From Candidatus Nealsonbacteria bacterium (GTDB taxonomy: Bacteria; Patescibacteriota; Minisyncoccia; Minisyncoccales; MHMH01), in contig JACPGX010000002.1 in NCBI GenBank assembly GCA_016188865.1, forward strand, positions 2,398 through 66,397: 64,000 bases of DNA, given 5' to 3'. The notes under the pieces were generated by a model. It was given only the letters and a program-made list of their open reading frames with translations, had not been told where the DNA came from and searched no databases. The number at the start of each line of letters is the position of its first letter. Position 1 is the stretch's first letter. The translations under genes and the position numbers were made by a program. This document shows positions 32,431 to 40,865 of this stretch, piece after piece.

Positions 32431-33657
32431 ATGTACGAAAAAGGGTTTCAAGATTATCTTCAAAAAGAATTATCCGGCATTCAAGAAAACGGATTGTTCA
32501 AAGAAGAGTGGGCAATTTCTTCTCCGCAAGGAGCAAAGATTATAGTTGATGGCAAAACAATGCTCAACTTCTGCGCCAACAATTATCTCGGGCTGGCAAA
32601 TGACTGGAGATTAAAAATTGAGGCAATATCAGCTATTTTGAAGCGGGGCTACGGCTTAGCTTCAGTGCGTTTTATATGCGGCACGCAGGATATCCATAAA
32701 GAATTAGAAAAAAAGATTTCTGAATTTTTAATAAAAGAAGATACTATTCTTTATTCTTCCTGCGCCGCAGCTAATGAGGGAATCTTTGAAGTTTTGCTGA
32801 ATCATGAAGACGCCGTAATTTCCGATTGGCTAAACCACGCCACGATTATTGACGGCATTAGGCTCTGGCAAAGAATCCACGCCAAGAAACTTCCTGACGG
32901 CAGATATGAACTGCCGACCAGCAGAGTTTACAAACACATGGATATGGATGACCTGGAAAAAGGTCTTCGGGAAACTAAAGATAAACGCTTCAGGGTCATT
33001 GTTACTGACGGCGTATTCAGTATGGACGGCGATATTGCGCCCCTCAAAGAAATCTGCGGCTTGGCTGAAAAATACAATGCCTTAGTGATGGTTGACGATA
33101 GCCATGCCACGGGATTTATTGGAAAAACAGGCCGCGGCACGCCGGAATACTGCGGAGTAATGAATAAAGTTGATATTATTACCAGCACTATGGGCAAAGC
33201 TTTAGGCGGAGCTGCTGGAGGATTTGTCAGCGCTAAAAAAGAAATTGTGGAAATTCTAAGGCAGAGATCGCGACCCTATCTTTTCTCCAATACATTGCCG
33301 GCTGTGATCGTCGCTGTCACCATCAAAGTTCTTGATATGATTAAGGATAACACTGAGTTGAGAGATAAATTGGAAACAAATACTACTTACTTTAGAAAAA
33401 AAATCAGGGAATTGGGTTTTGATGTCAGAACGGGAACCCACCCCATAGTCCCGATTATGCTGTATGACGCCAAAAAGGCAGCGGAAATGGCTATCAGGTT
33501 GAAGCAGGGGGGAATTTATGTCAAAGCTTTCAGCTATCCAGTTGTCCCCGAAGGCCAAGCTAGAATTAGAGTACAAGTCTCAGCTGCCCACACCAGAAAA
33601 GATTTAGATTCAGCTCTGGAAAAATTCGCCAAAGTAAAAAATAAACCGCAATCGTAA
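32431..33657 (+). CDS. kbl: Glycine C-acetyltransferase (2-amino-3-ketobutyrate CoA ligase)
   Basis: Alpha-oxoamine synthase pattern (NNYLGL, DDSHATG, PLP-lysine context TSTMGKALGG). Operon partner of tdh. Confidence 0.9.
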   Translation: MYEKGFQDYLQKELSGIQENGLFKEEWAISSPQGAKIIVDGKTMLNFCANNYLGLANDWRLKIEAISAILKRGYGLASVRFICGTQDIHKELEKKISEFLIKEDTILYSSCAAANEGIFEVLLNHEDAVISDWLNHATIIDGIRLWQRIHAKKLPDGRYELPTSRVYKHMDMDDLEKGLRETKDKRFRVIVTDGVFSMDGDIAPLKEICGLAEKYNALVMVDDSHATGFIGKTGRGTPEYCGVMNKVDIITSTMGKALGGAAGGFVSAKKEIVEILRQRSRPYLFSNTLPAVIVAVTIKVLDMIKDNTELRDKLETNTTYFRKKIRELGFDVRTGTHPIVPIMLYDAKKAAEMAIRLKQGGIYVKAFSYPVVPEGQARIRVQVSAAHTRKDLDSALEKFAKVKNKPQS

Positions 33658-33670
33658 AGATTGCGGTTTT
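33644..33670 (+). terminator. Rho-independent terminator of tdh-kbl
   Basis: AACCGCAATC / GATTGCGGTT 10-bp stem plus T-run. The stop codon lies in the loop. Confidence 0.75.
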
Positions 33671-33686
33671 ATGATAAAATAAAAGC

Positions 33687-34136
33687 ATGAAATCGCTTGC
33701 GGAAAATAAAAAAGCGTATTTTAATTATGAAATTCTGGAAAGATTCGAAGCCGGGATGGTTTTGACCGGACAAGAAGTAAAATCAATCAAATCGGGCAGG
33801 ATAAACTTGGCTGGCTCTTATGTGGTTATAAAAAACGAAGAGGCTTTTTTGCTTAATGCCGACATCCCGCCGTATCAGCCGAAAAACGCGCCGCCCGATT
33901 ACGATTCCACTCGCCTGAGAAAACTGCTTTTAAATAAATCGGAAATTAAATACCTTATCGGCAAATCGCAGGAAAAGCGCTTGACTTTAATACCCCTTAA
34001 GGTATATACTAAGAAAGGTAAAATTAAGCTGGAATTCGGATTAGCTAAGGGCAGACAAAAAGCGAGTAAAAAAGAATTATTGAAAAAAAGAGATGTCAGG
34101 AGAGAGATAGAAATCGAATTAAAAACAAGGGGGTGA
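33687..34136 (+). CDS. smpB: SsrA-binding protein
   Basis: NKKAYFNYEILE...GQEVKSIK.GR.NL..SY and a basic C-terminal tail. Confidence 0.9.
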   Translation: MKSLAENKKAYFNYEILERFEAGMVLTGQEVKSIKSGRINLAGSYVVIKNEEAFLLNADIPPYQPKNAPPDYDSTRLRKLLLNKSEIKYLIGKSQEKRLTLIPLKVYTKKGKIKLEFGLAKGRQKASKKELLKKRDVRREIEIELKTRG

Positions 34137-34457
34137 ATTGCTTCGACAGAAATCTGAGCCAAAATCTGCAAACCTGTCCCGCTCAGCGGGATAATAAAAT
34201 AAGCGCCAACTTATTCAAACAACCTGCTTACGCTTTAGCGTAAGCCATCCAAACCGTTGATTCTCGATAGGTGGCAAGGGTGTTATATTATCGAGATTAG
34301 GCAGCCAGATTGTTTCGACTGGCCGCCAAAATTAAGAAACTAGGAATAAGGGAATTTTGTCTGCTTCATATCCCCTATTCTAAATGGCAAAACAGACTAA
34401 ATTTGTAGACGATTTTTGGCGAAATTTCTGGATTGGGGTTCAAACCCCACACCTCCA
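34129..34457 (+). ncRNA. ssrA: tmRNA (SsrA), one-piece. Tag reading frame 34205-34243 encodes ANLFKQPAYALA-stop
   Basis: 5' GGGGGTGAATTGCTTCGAC. 3' T-arm GGGGTTCAAACCCC, then acceptor strand CACCTCC and discriminator A. The acceptor pairs with the 5' end through a G3:U wobble. No ORF of 60 aa or more in 34137-34383. CCA is not encoded. Confidence 0.85.
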
Positions 34458-34491
34458 CACTTCGACAAAGCTCAGTGTAAACACAACCAAC

Positions 34492-34995
34492 TTGCAAAAA
34501 CCATTAGTCAACAGACAAATAAGGGCAAAAGAAGTAAGGCTTATTGATGAAACCGGAAAACAGGTGGGTGTTGTTGCTTTGGAGCAGGCTATTCAAATGG
34601 CCCTAGACAGCGGTTTGGATTTAATCCAGGTAACAGAAATGGTGGAGCCGCCGGTATGTAAAATAATGGACTTTGGGAAATATCTGTATCAGCAGAGGAA
34701 AAAAGAAAAGGGAGCGAAAACCGGCGGCAGCGAAATAAAGGGCGTAAGACTGGGTTTTAACATGGCCTCGCATGACTTGGAGGTTAGGGCCCATCAAGCG
34801 GAAAAATTTTTAAAAGAGGGGGATGCAGTGAGAATTGAAATGAGACTAAAGGGCAGAGAAAAAGCTTTGGGGGACTTCGCCAAAGAAAAAATAAATAAAT
34901 TTTTAGAACAACTTCAGAATTTAATGCCTTATAAAATAGAAAGAGAACTCAAGCGCGACCCCAGGGGATTCTCAATGATTATCGCTAAAAAATAA
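34492..34995 (+). CDS. infC: Translation initiation factor IF-3 (start uncertain; proposed TTG at 34492)
   Basis: IRAKEVRLIDETGKQVGVV onward is canonical IF-3. The track's ATG at 34384 lies inside the tmRNA. IF-3 genes commonly use non-ATG starts. Confidence 0.8.
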   Translation: MQKPLVNRQIRAKEVRLIDETGKQVGVVALEQAIQMALDSGLDLIQVTEMVEPPVCKIMDFGKYLYQQRKKEKGAKTGGSEIKGVRLGFNMASHDLEVRAHQAEKFLKEGDAVRIEMRLKGREKALGDFAKEKINKFLEQLQNLMPYKIERELKRDPRGFSMIIAKK

Positions 34996-34998
34996 AAT

Positions 34999-35184
34999 AT
35001 GAAAACACGAAAATCAATAACAAAACGATTCAAAATTACAAAAAACGGAAAAATCTTACGAAGACTTTCCGGCCAGGATCACGCCTTAGCCAAAAAAAGC
35101 GGGGGCAGGAAAAGAGCCGGCCGGAAATGGATTCAGGTTTCTAAATCAGAAATAAAAAGAATTAAAAAACTTTTAAATTTTTAA
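34999..35184 (+). CDS. rpmI: 50S ribosomal protein L35
   Basis: 61 aa, basic, in the infC-rpmI-rplT gene order. Confidence 0.9.
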   Translation: MKTRKSITKRFKITKNGKILRRLSGQDHALAKKSGGRKRAGRKWIQVSKSEIKRIKKLLNF

Positions 35185-35196
35185 TTATCAATCATT

Positions 35197-35544
35197 ATGG
35201 TACGCATAAAACGAGGCAAAATAGCTTTAAGAAAAAGAAAAAGGATTTTCCAGCAAGTCAAGGGTTTTCGCTGGGGCAGAAAAAACAGGCTAAGATTGGC
35301 TAAAGACGCCTTGCGCCATGCCATGGCGCATGCTTATATCGGCCGCAAAAATAAAAAAAGGGATATGAGGCAGTTCTGGCAGCTGCAAATTAATGCGGCT
35401 TGCAGAGAAGCCGGCCTCTCTTACAGTAAATTCATTTACGGACTCAAAAAAAACAAAATAGAACTGGACAGAAAAATCCTATCGGAGTTAGTCAGAAACC
35501 ACCCCGATATCTTCAAAAAAATAGTAGAAAAAATCTCGGTTTAA
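35197..35544 (+). CDS. rplT: 50S ribosomal protein L20
   Basis: MVRIKRG...R.R.K.....KGFRG and typical length. Confidence 0.95.
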   Translation: MVRIKRGKIALRKRKRIFQQVKGFRWGRKNRLRLAKDALRHAMAHAYIGRKNKKRDMRQFWQLQINAACREAGLSYSKFIYGLKKNKIELDRKILSELVRNHPDIFKKIVEKISV

Positions 35545-35560
35545 AAGCCGAGATTTTTTT
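35531..35560. terminator. Bidirectional terminator between rplT and the convergent 35571 gene
   Basis: AAATCTCGG / CCGAGATTT hairpin plus T-run. The rplT stop lies in the loop. Confidence 0.65.
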
Positions 35561-35570
35561 ATTGAATAAA

Positions 35571-36395
35571 CTAAAAGAAAACTAAAATTACCCAAAAGAT
35601 AAAGACTGCGAAACCGGCAAAGGTGACGGCGGCAGCTAAAAGATCTTTTATTACTTTTACGCGCGGATCAAATTTGGATTGAATCAAATCCGATAAACGT
35701 TCGATGGCTGAATTAAATATTTCCAAAGCATTAAAAATGCCGAATCCTAGAAGCAAGATACCGGTTTCCACAAAGGTTGCGCCCTGCCAAATAGCGACTC
35801 CTATCAAAAGGGCTTGGAGCGCTAAAAACATTTTTAAGTTTTTCTCGTACCTGAAAGCATAAACTAGCCCCTCGAAGGCAAAAATCAAATTAAGAAATCT
35901 TTTTAAATACAGCAAAAAAATATTTTTCTCTTTAAAACCGGCGAGGACCTTGCTGGCGCTGGTTTGAATATACAACCGCCAAAACCAATTTGCCTGCCAC
36001 AACTTCATTTCCTCCAGGGCTTCTTTAAGATGCCACTTCTGCCGCCCCAATCTATAAAGAGCTATCATAGCGCCAGTTCGATCTTTGCCTCTCCAGCAAT
36101 GAATTAGTATGGGACCGCTGTCAAAATCCTCTAAAAGATCCAGATACCATTTAACTTCTTCCACTTCCGGCCAGCGCCGCCAACTCTTCATTGGCAATTG
36201 AACTAACTGAATATTATTCTTTTGGCAAAATTCTTTTTCTCCATCATCAATATGTGTTCTCAAAACAATAACGGTTTTAATACTGTAATGTCTTTGCAAA
36301 TATTCCAGAAATTCGCCATTCGGCTGGGAACTGCGGTAAAGCTTATCTGGAACTACTGTCCCAAAGTTAAATTTCTTCTCTAGCCCGCTATCCAC
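35571..36395 (-). CDS. Fusion protein: Cys-based (CX5R) dual-specificity/PTP-like phosphatase plus DgkA-type lipid kinase membrane domain
   Basis: N-terminal half carries IHCWRGKDRTGAM (the HCxxGxxRT P-loop). C-terminal half has 3 TM segments with the prokaryotic DAG-kinase motifs EIFNSAIERLSD and IKDLLAAAV. Confidence 0.7.
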   Translation of the reverse strand: MDSGLEKKFNFGTVVPDKLYRSSQPNGEFLEYLQRHYSIKTVIVLRTHIDDGEKEFCQKNNIQLVQLPMKSWRRWPEVEEVKWYLDLLEDFDSGPILIHCWRGKDRTGAMIALYRLGRQKWHLKEALEEMKLWQANWFWRLYIQTSASKVLAGFKEKNIFLLYLKRFLNLIFAFEGLVYAFRYEKNLKMFLALQALLIGVAIWQGATFVETGILLLGFGIFNALEIFNSAIERLSDLIQSKFDPRVKVIKDLLAAAVTFAGFAVFIFWVILVFF

Positions 36396-36452
36396 ATTTC
36401 ACACTCCTCTATCAAAGAACTTCTGCCAGCATAACAAAAAGCCGTGATTTTG

Positions 36453-37877
36453 TCACGACTTTATTGGATAATTACCGGTAAAGCAGGCGGTGCAAAAATC
36501 GCAAGGTTTAAGTTTACCGGTTAAATCAGACTCTACCACTGCTTTAATGGTGCTTTCCAAGCTCAAATAGCCTAAATAATCAGCGCCAATTTTTTCCCTT
36601 ACCTTTTCAATATCGCCCTTGCATTGGCCGGCAATCAGCTCGCCCTCATAGCGCCAGGTATCTATGCCGTAATAACAGGGATACAAATAAGGAGGGGCCG
36701 TTACTAGCATGTAAACTTCTTTTGCGCCCTGATAAATTTTTCCCATCAACTTCTTGGGGGTTTTCAAAAGTTTAACCAATCTTGGGGCTGTCGTTCCTCT
36801 GACGATAGAATCATCTATCAAGATAACTCTTTTATTTTCTATATCAAAAAGCACTGGATTAAATTTAAGCGAAACTCCGAACTCTCTTGAATCCTGCGTT
36901 GAGGCAATAAAAGTTCTGCCAAACGTGAAATGGGCTCGGAATAAAGCTTCGTAAACAAGCAGGATATTAGTGCAGTCGCGAAACCCTAGGGCTGCCAAAA
37001 GCCCTGAATCCAAGGCCGGAACAATTGCCTGCCCGGAAAGAATCTTGGGCGAATGCTCGCAAGCTAAATAACAACCCATTTTTCTGCGAGCGCGATGAAC
37101 GGGCACTCCGTCAATAACGCTGTCCGGCCTGGCAAAATAAATATACTCAAACAGACAGATTTTCTTTTTTGTCTGCAAAATCCACGATTTAGATTGAATT
37201 CCATAGCGGTCAATGATAATCAGTTCGCCTGGTTTTACTTCTCTTAACAATTGAATATTCAAATGATCCAAACTGCAGCTTTCCGAAGAAACGGCATAAT
37301 ACTGCTCGTTTTCGCCAAAGCAAAGCGGCCTCACGCCAAACGAATCTTTAGCAGCAATAACTTTATCCCGGTAAAGAATAACCAAAGAAAATGCTCCTCT
37401 TAATTTGAGGAGGGAATCCTCAAGCGCCTCAAGAAAATCTTGTTTGATAGAAATTTCAATCAGTTTAACGATAATTCTGGTATCTGACACTCCTTCTTCA
37501 AAAACAGCGCCGCAGTCTTCAACGATTTTTTTTAACTCTAGGGTATTAGTTAAATTACCGTTGTGGGCTAAAGCAAAAGGTATGCCGCGAAAACTTCCTT
37601 GAATTGGCTGAATATTTTTTTTATTAACTCCGCCGGTAGTGGAATAACGATTATGGCCGATGCCGGCATTGCAGCAAACTGCCATGCCGCTGCTGTCCTG
37701 TCCCCTGTGCTGCAGCCCCTTTAGGGCAAAAAAAATCTGGAAAGCCAGCTTCCCCATCCTTTTTAGGGCAGTATCGCTATAAGCCTTGTCTACCTGGCCT
37801 AATCCATGATGTATTTTGAAATTTCTCTGCCTTTCTCTTTTTTCAACTATGCCGAAAACCCCGCAGGACTCTTGCAT
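36453..37877 (-). CDS. purF: Amidophosphoribosyltransferase (Fe-S type) with non-canonical order of N-terminal segments
   Basis: Propeptide plus CGVFGI, LQHRGQDSSG, GIGHNRYST, LAHNGNL, PRTase loop LIDDSIVRGTT, and Cys ligands (CLFEYIYF, PCYYGIDT, CDFCTACFTG). Confidence 0.9.
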   Translation of the reverse strand: MQESCGVFGIVEKRERQRNFKIHHGLGQVDKAYSDTALKRMGKLAFQIFFALKGLQHRGQDSSGMAVCCNAGIGHNRYSTTGGVNKKNIQPIQGSFRGIPFALAHNGNLTNTLELKKIVEDCGAVFEEGVSDTRIIVKLIEISIKQDFLEALEDSLLKLRGAFSLVILYRDKVIAAKDSFGVRPLCFGENEQYYAVSSESCSLDHLNIQLLREVKPGELIIIDRYGIQSKSWILQTKKKICLFEYIYFARPDSVIDGVPVHRARRKMGCYLACEHSPKILSGQAIVPALDSGLLAALGFRDCTNILLVYEALFRAHFTFGRTFIASTQDSREFGVSLKFNPVLFDIENKRVILIDDSIVRGTTAPRLVKLLKTPKKLMGKIYQGAKEVYMLVTAPPYLYPCYYGIDTWRYEGELIAGQCKGDIEKVREKIGADYLGYLSLESTIKAVVESDLTGKLKPCDFCTACFTGNYPIKS

Positions 37878-37943
37878 TAAGACCTCCTTTTAAAAGAACG
37901 CCTTCTTTTTGCAATAGCTCAATTTTGCTTTTTTGTCCACGAT

Positions 37944-38360
37944 TTATCTGGATTCCAAATATCCGTTTGCTTTTTTAAGAACTTTCTTGGCATTAACGAA
38001 AGTTAATTGCTTTAGCGCCTTTTCGTAAGGCAGCCACTCATAACCTTCGTGCTCAAAAGATATTTTGACTTCTTTGGTTTTTGTTTCTGCCAAAAAGAAA
38101 ATAACTGTTTTGAAAAAAATTTTACTGCTGCGTTTATAAAAATACTTTATGGTTTCTTTAAAGCCGGCGATGAACTCGACATCTTTAATCCCGGTTTCCT
38201 CAAAGATTTCCCTAATTGCCGCTTCTTCAGGAGTTTCCCCTTTTTCAATGTGACCCTTGGGCAAATCCCAATGCCCGGCACTGTAATGCAATAATAAAAA
38301 TAGGGTCTCCTTGCCCTCTTGTTTAAATATTACTGCTCCGGCTGATTTTTCAATCGGCAT
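37944..38360 (-). CDS. NUDIX hydrolase
   Basis: Nudix box: LPKGHIEKGETPEEAAIREIFEETG. Confidence 0.85.
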   Translation of the reverse strand: MPIEKSAGAVIFKQEGKETLFLLLHYSAGHWDLPKGHIEKGETPEEAAIREIFEETGIKDVEFIAGFKETIKYFYKRSSKIFFKTVIFFLAETKTKEVKISFEHEGYEWLPYEKALKQLTFVNAKKVLKKANGYLESR

Positions 38361-38363
38361 TTA

Positions 38364-38906
38364 TTATTTGCTAATTATTTCTTCTAAAATAGAATAAGTT
38401 AAAGTCTTTTTTGCCCAACCCTTAATATAATTTAAATTCGGCTTTGAAATTTCTATAATTGACCTGATGTCCTCCATGTGTTTATCGCTTCGAGATTCTT
38501 TAATCCAGAGTAATTTTTCTAATATTAAATCTTCTGGAGAAATAATATAAATGTACTTTCCAAAAATCTTCTTCTTTAGTTTTCGCTTAAATTCCATTAT
38601 TCTGAAGGAATCTTTTTTGCTTAACCAAAAATCTACCTTAAGCCCCTCTTTCAAATGAATAATATTAAAAGTAAATCTTCGTTCGATGGCATCTGATAAG
38701 GCGATTTCTGAAATATAAAAATCTTTTTTGAAGATATTTAAAATTTTCTCCCGATCTTCTTCGTGGGCATCAATCACGATATCAATATCGTGAGTACTCC
38801 TGGAAGATCCCCAAAAACTCACGGCCAAACCGCCGGTAAGAACGTAGGGAATTTTAAGTTTTTCCAATCTACGAACGACTAGCTTTAGTAATGCCACTAG
38901 TTCCAT
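38364..38906 (-). CDS. Nucleotidyltransferase-fold protein (MNT/AbiEii-like; start uncertain between 38906 and 38963)
   Basis: IPYVLTGGLAVSFWGSSRSTHDIDIVI matches the G[GS]...D.D pattern of minimal nucleotidyltransferases. Confidence 0.55.
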   Translation of the reverse strand: MELVALLKLVVRRLEKLKIPYVLTGGLAVSFWGSSRSTHDIDIVIDAHEEDREKILNIFKKDFYISEIALSDAIERRFTFNIIHLKEGLKVDFWLSKKDSFRIMEFKRKLKKKIFGKYIYIISPEDLILEKLLWIKESRSDKHMEDIRSIIEISKPNLNYIKGWAKKTLTYSILEEIISK

Positions 38907-39093
38907 ATATTCTCTCCTGAAGTTTTTTACGTAATTCTTCAGAAGAAATCTTCGGATTTGCATCCATAATTGCCGTTTTGGCTAATTCCAAAACCGCGGT
39001 CCTCAATTGCATAGCGATTTTAAATCTTTCCTGTCCACTTTTTTTTCTCATTATCTCAAAATATTTTTCCTCGGCATCAGAAATCATAAACAT
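38869..39093 (-). CDS. Small helical protein upstream of, and overlapping, the nucleotidyltransferase (possible antitoxin-like partner)
   Basis: 74-aa ORF whose 3' end overlaps the NTase ORF in another frame. No family recognised. Confidence 0.35.
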   Translation of the reverse strand: MFMISDAEEKYFEIMRKKSGQERFKIAMQLRTAVLELAKTAIMDANPKISSEELRKKLQERIYGTSGITKASRS

Positions 39094-39138
39094 TTTTACT
39101 TATTTTACTCCAAAAATCTAAAAACTTAAGATGTTTAG

Positions 39139-40863
39139 TTATTTAAGATATTTTAACATTTTTTCCAGCGGCCAGCAATTGGCGATGTCTCCTTTCTCGG
39201 CCCAGCCCCTTCGGGCTTGGGCAACGCCAAATTCCATAAGTCTTAACTGATCTTTTCGGTGAGAATCGGTATTGATTATCATTTTAACGCCAACTTTCTT
39301 GGCTTTTCTGATATTTTGATCGTTTAAGTCCAATCTTTCCGGCCAAGCGTTAATTTCCAAAATAGTGCCGGTTTCTTTCGCCGCCCGCAAAACCTTATCA
39401 AAATCAATTTGATATTCATCTCTCTGTTTCAAAATTCTGCCGGTGGGATGGGAAATAATATCAACATTTGGATTTTGCATAGCCCGAATCATTCTTTCTG
39501 TCATTCTATTTTTATCAATTTTCATACTAGAATGAATACCGGCTATAACGTAATCCAGCTTTGCCAAAAACTCATCTTTGATATCTATTGAACCATCTTT
39601 TAAGATATTAGCCTCGCAGCCCTTCAAAATACGGAATTTTGAATTTTGAATTTTGAATTTTGAATTTAAATCATCTATTTCTTTATTGCGTTTTTCTAAC
39701 TGCTTCTCATCAAGGCCGTGCTCAATGTGCAAAGCCTTAGTATGATCGGCTATGCCAATGTACTCATAACCCAAAACCATAGCTGCTTTAGCCATTTCCT
39801 CAATAGAATCATCGCCTCCATCCCAATCAGAATGGGTATGGAGATCGCCCTTTATATCGTGGTGCCCAATGATTTTCGGCAACTTTCCGCTTAAAGCGGC
39901 CTCGATTTCTCCCTGATTTTCACGCAATTCCGGGTCAATCCACAAAAGACCCAGCATTTTATAAATTTCTTCTTCGGTTTGGCCGCCAATCATTTTATTG
40001 CCTTTGAACAATCCGTACTCTGATAATTTTAATCCCTTATCCATGGCAATGCGCCGAGTGGCAATATTGTGTTCTTTGGAACCGGTAAAATACTGCAAGG
40101 CAGAACCGTAAGACCTTTCGGGGACTACCCTGATGTCCATATCAAAACCATCTTTCATTCTCACCGATGCCTTGGTGGTTCCCTTGCCCCAAATTTTTAC
40201 TATACCCGGCAATTTAACAAAAAAATCTATCACTTTAGATGGATAATTAGAAATTGCCAAAAAATCAACGTCACCGATGGTTTCTTTTCTTCTTCTGGCA
40301 GAGCCAGCAATATCAGCTTGCTCCACCTCTCTTAAATTTTGCAATTTTTCTAAAACTTCTTTGGCTTTAAGTAAAATATCTCCTAAAAGAAATCTTCCCT
40401 TGCTTCTTTTTACGAAAGCGATTCCCTCTAAAATATTCTTTTCCGTCTTTTGGCCGAAACCGAATAAGGGAGCAATCTTATGGGCTTTAGCTGCTTTTTC
40501 TAAAGTCTTTAAATCTCTAATCCCTAATTTTTGATAGAGAACTTTTACTTTCTTGGGACCCACCCCCTCTACGGAAATAAGCTCTTCCAAATTCAATGGA
40601 AGCCGTTTCTTGAATTGCTCATAATGTTTTATTTTTCCAGTTTTCAAATATTCCTCTATGGCCTTGGCAAGGCCTTCGCCGACACCGGTAATTTCTTTTA
40701 AGGCTTCAATACCTCCCCTTTTGTAAATCTCCTCAACGTCCTCTTCTGTCGATTCCAAACCGATAGCCGCCTTCCGGTAAGCGTAGGGCTTAAAAGCCAC
40801 CTCATCCATCTCAAGATAATCGGCTATTCTATAGAATATTTTAGCTATTTCTTGGTTAACCAT
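39139..40863 (-). CDS. polX: DNA polymerase X family protein with C-terminal PHP domain
   Basis: N-terminal HhH pattern (IAKIFYRIADYLE...FKPYAYRKAA), Pol beta-like core (GSARRRKETIGDVDFL), and PHP motifs (GDLHTHSDWDGG). Confidence 0.9.
   Translation of the reverse strand: MVNQEIAKIFYRIADYLEMDEVAFKPYAYRKAAIGLESTEEDVEEIYKRGGIEALKEITGVGEGLAKAIEEYLKTGKIKHYEQFKKRLPLNLEELISVEGVGPKKVKVLYQKLGIRDLKTLEKAAKAHKIAPLFGFGQKTEKNILEGIAFVKRSKGRFLLGDILLKAKEVLEKLQNLREVEQADIAGSARRRKETIGDVDFLAISNYPSKVIDFFVKLPGIVKIWGKGTTKASVRMKDGFDMDIRVVPERSYGSALQYFTGSKEHNIATRRIAMDKGLKLSEYGLFKGNKMIGGQTEEEIYKMLGLLWIDPELRENQGEIEAALSGKLPKIIGHHDIKGDLHTHSDWDGGDDSIEEMAKAAMVLGYEYIGIADHTKALHIEHGLDEKQLEKRNKEIDDLNSKFKIQNSKFRILKGCEANILKDGSIDIKDEFLAKLDYVIAGIHSSMKIDKNRMTERMIRAMQNPNVDIISHPTGRILKQRDEYQIDFDKVLRAAKETGTILEINAWPERLDLNDQNIRKAKKVGVKMIINTDSHRKDQLRLMEFGVAQARRGWAEKGDIANCWPLEKMLKYLK
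39634..39668. repeat. Heptanucleotide tandem repeat (GAATTTT x4 plus 1 degenerate unit) inside polX
   Basis: gaatttt x4 then gaattta. Encodes NSKFKIQNSKFRI. Confidence 0.9.
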
Positions 40864-40865
40864 AT

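Noticed and set aside
34384-34491. N-terminal 36 codons of the infC ORF as given in the track (MAKQTKFVDDFWRNFW...)
   Set aside because: This stretch overlaps the 3' third of the tmRNA, including its T-arm and acceptor stem. The residues do not resemble IF-3. The extension is an ORF-caller artefact.
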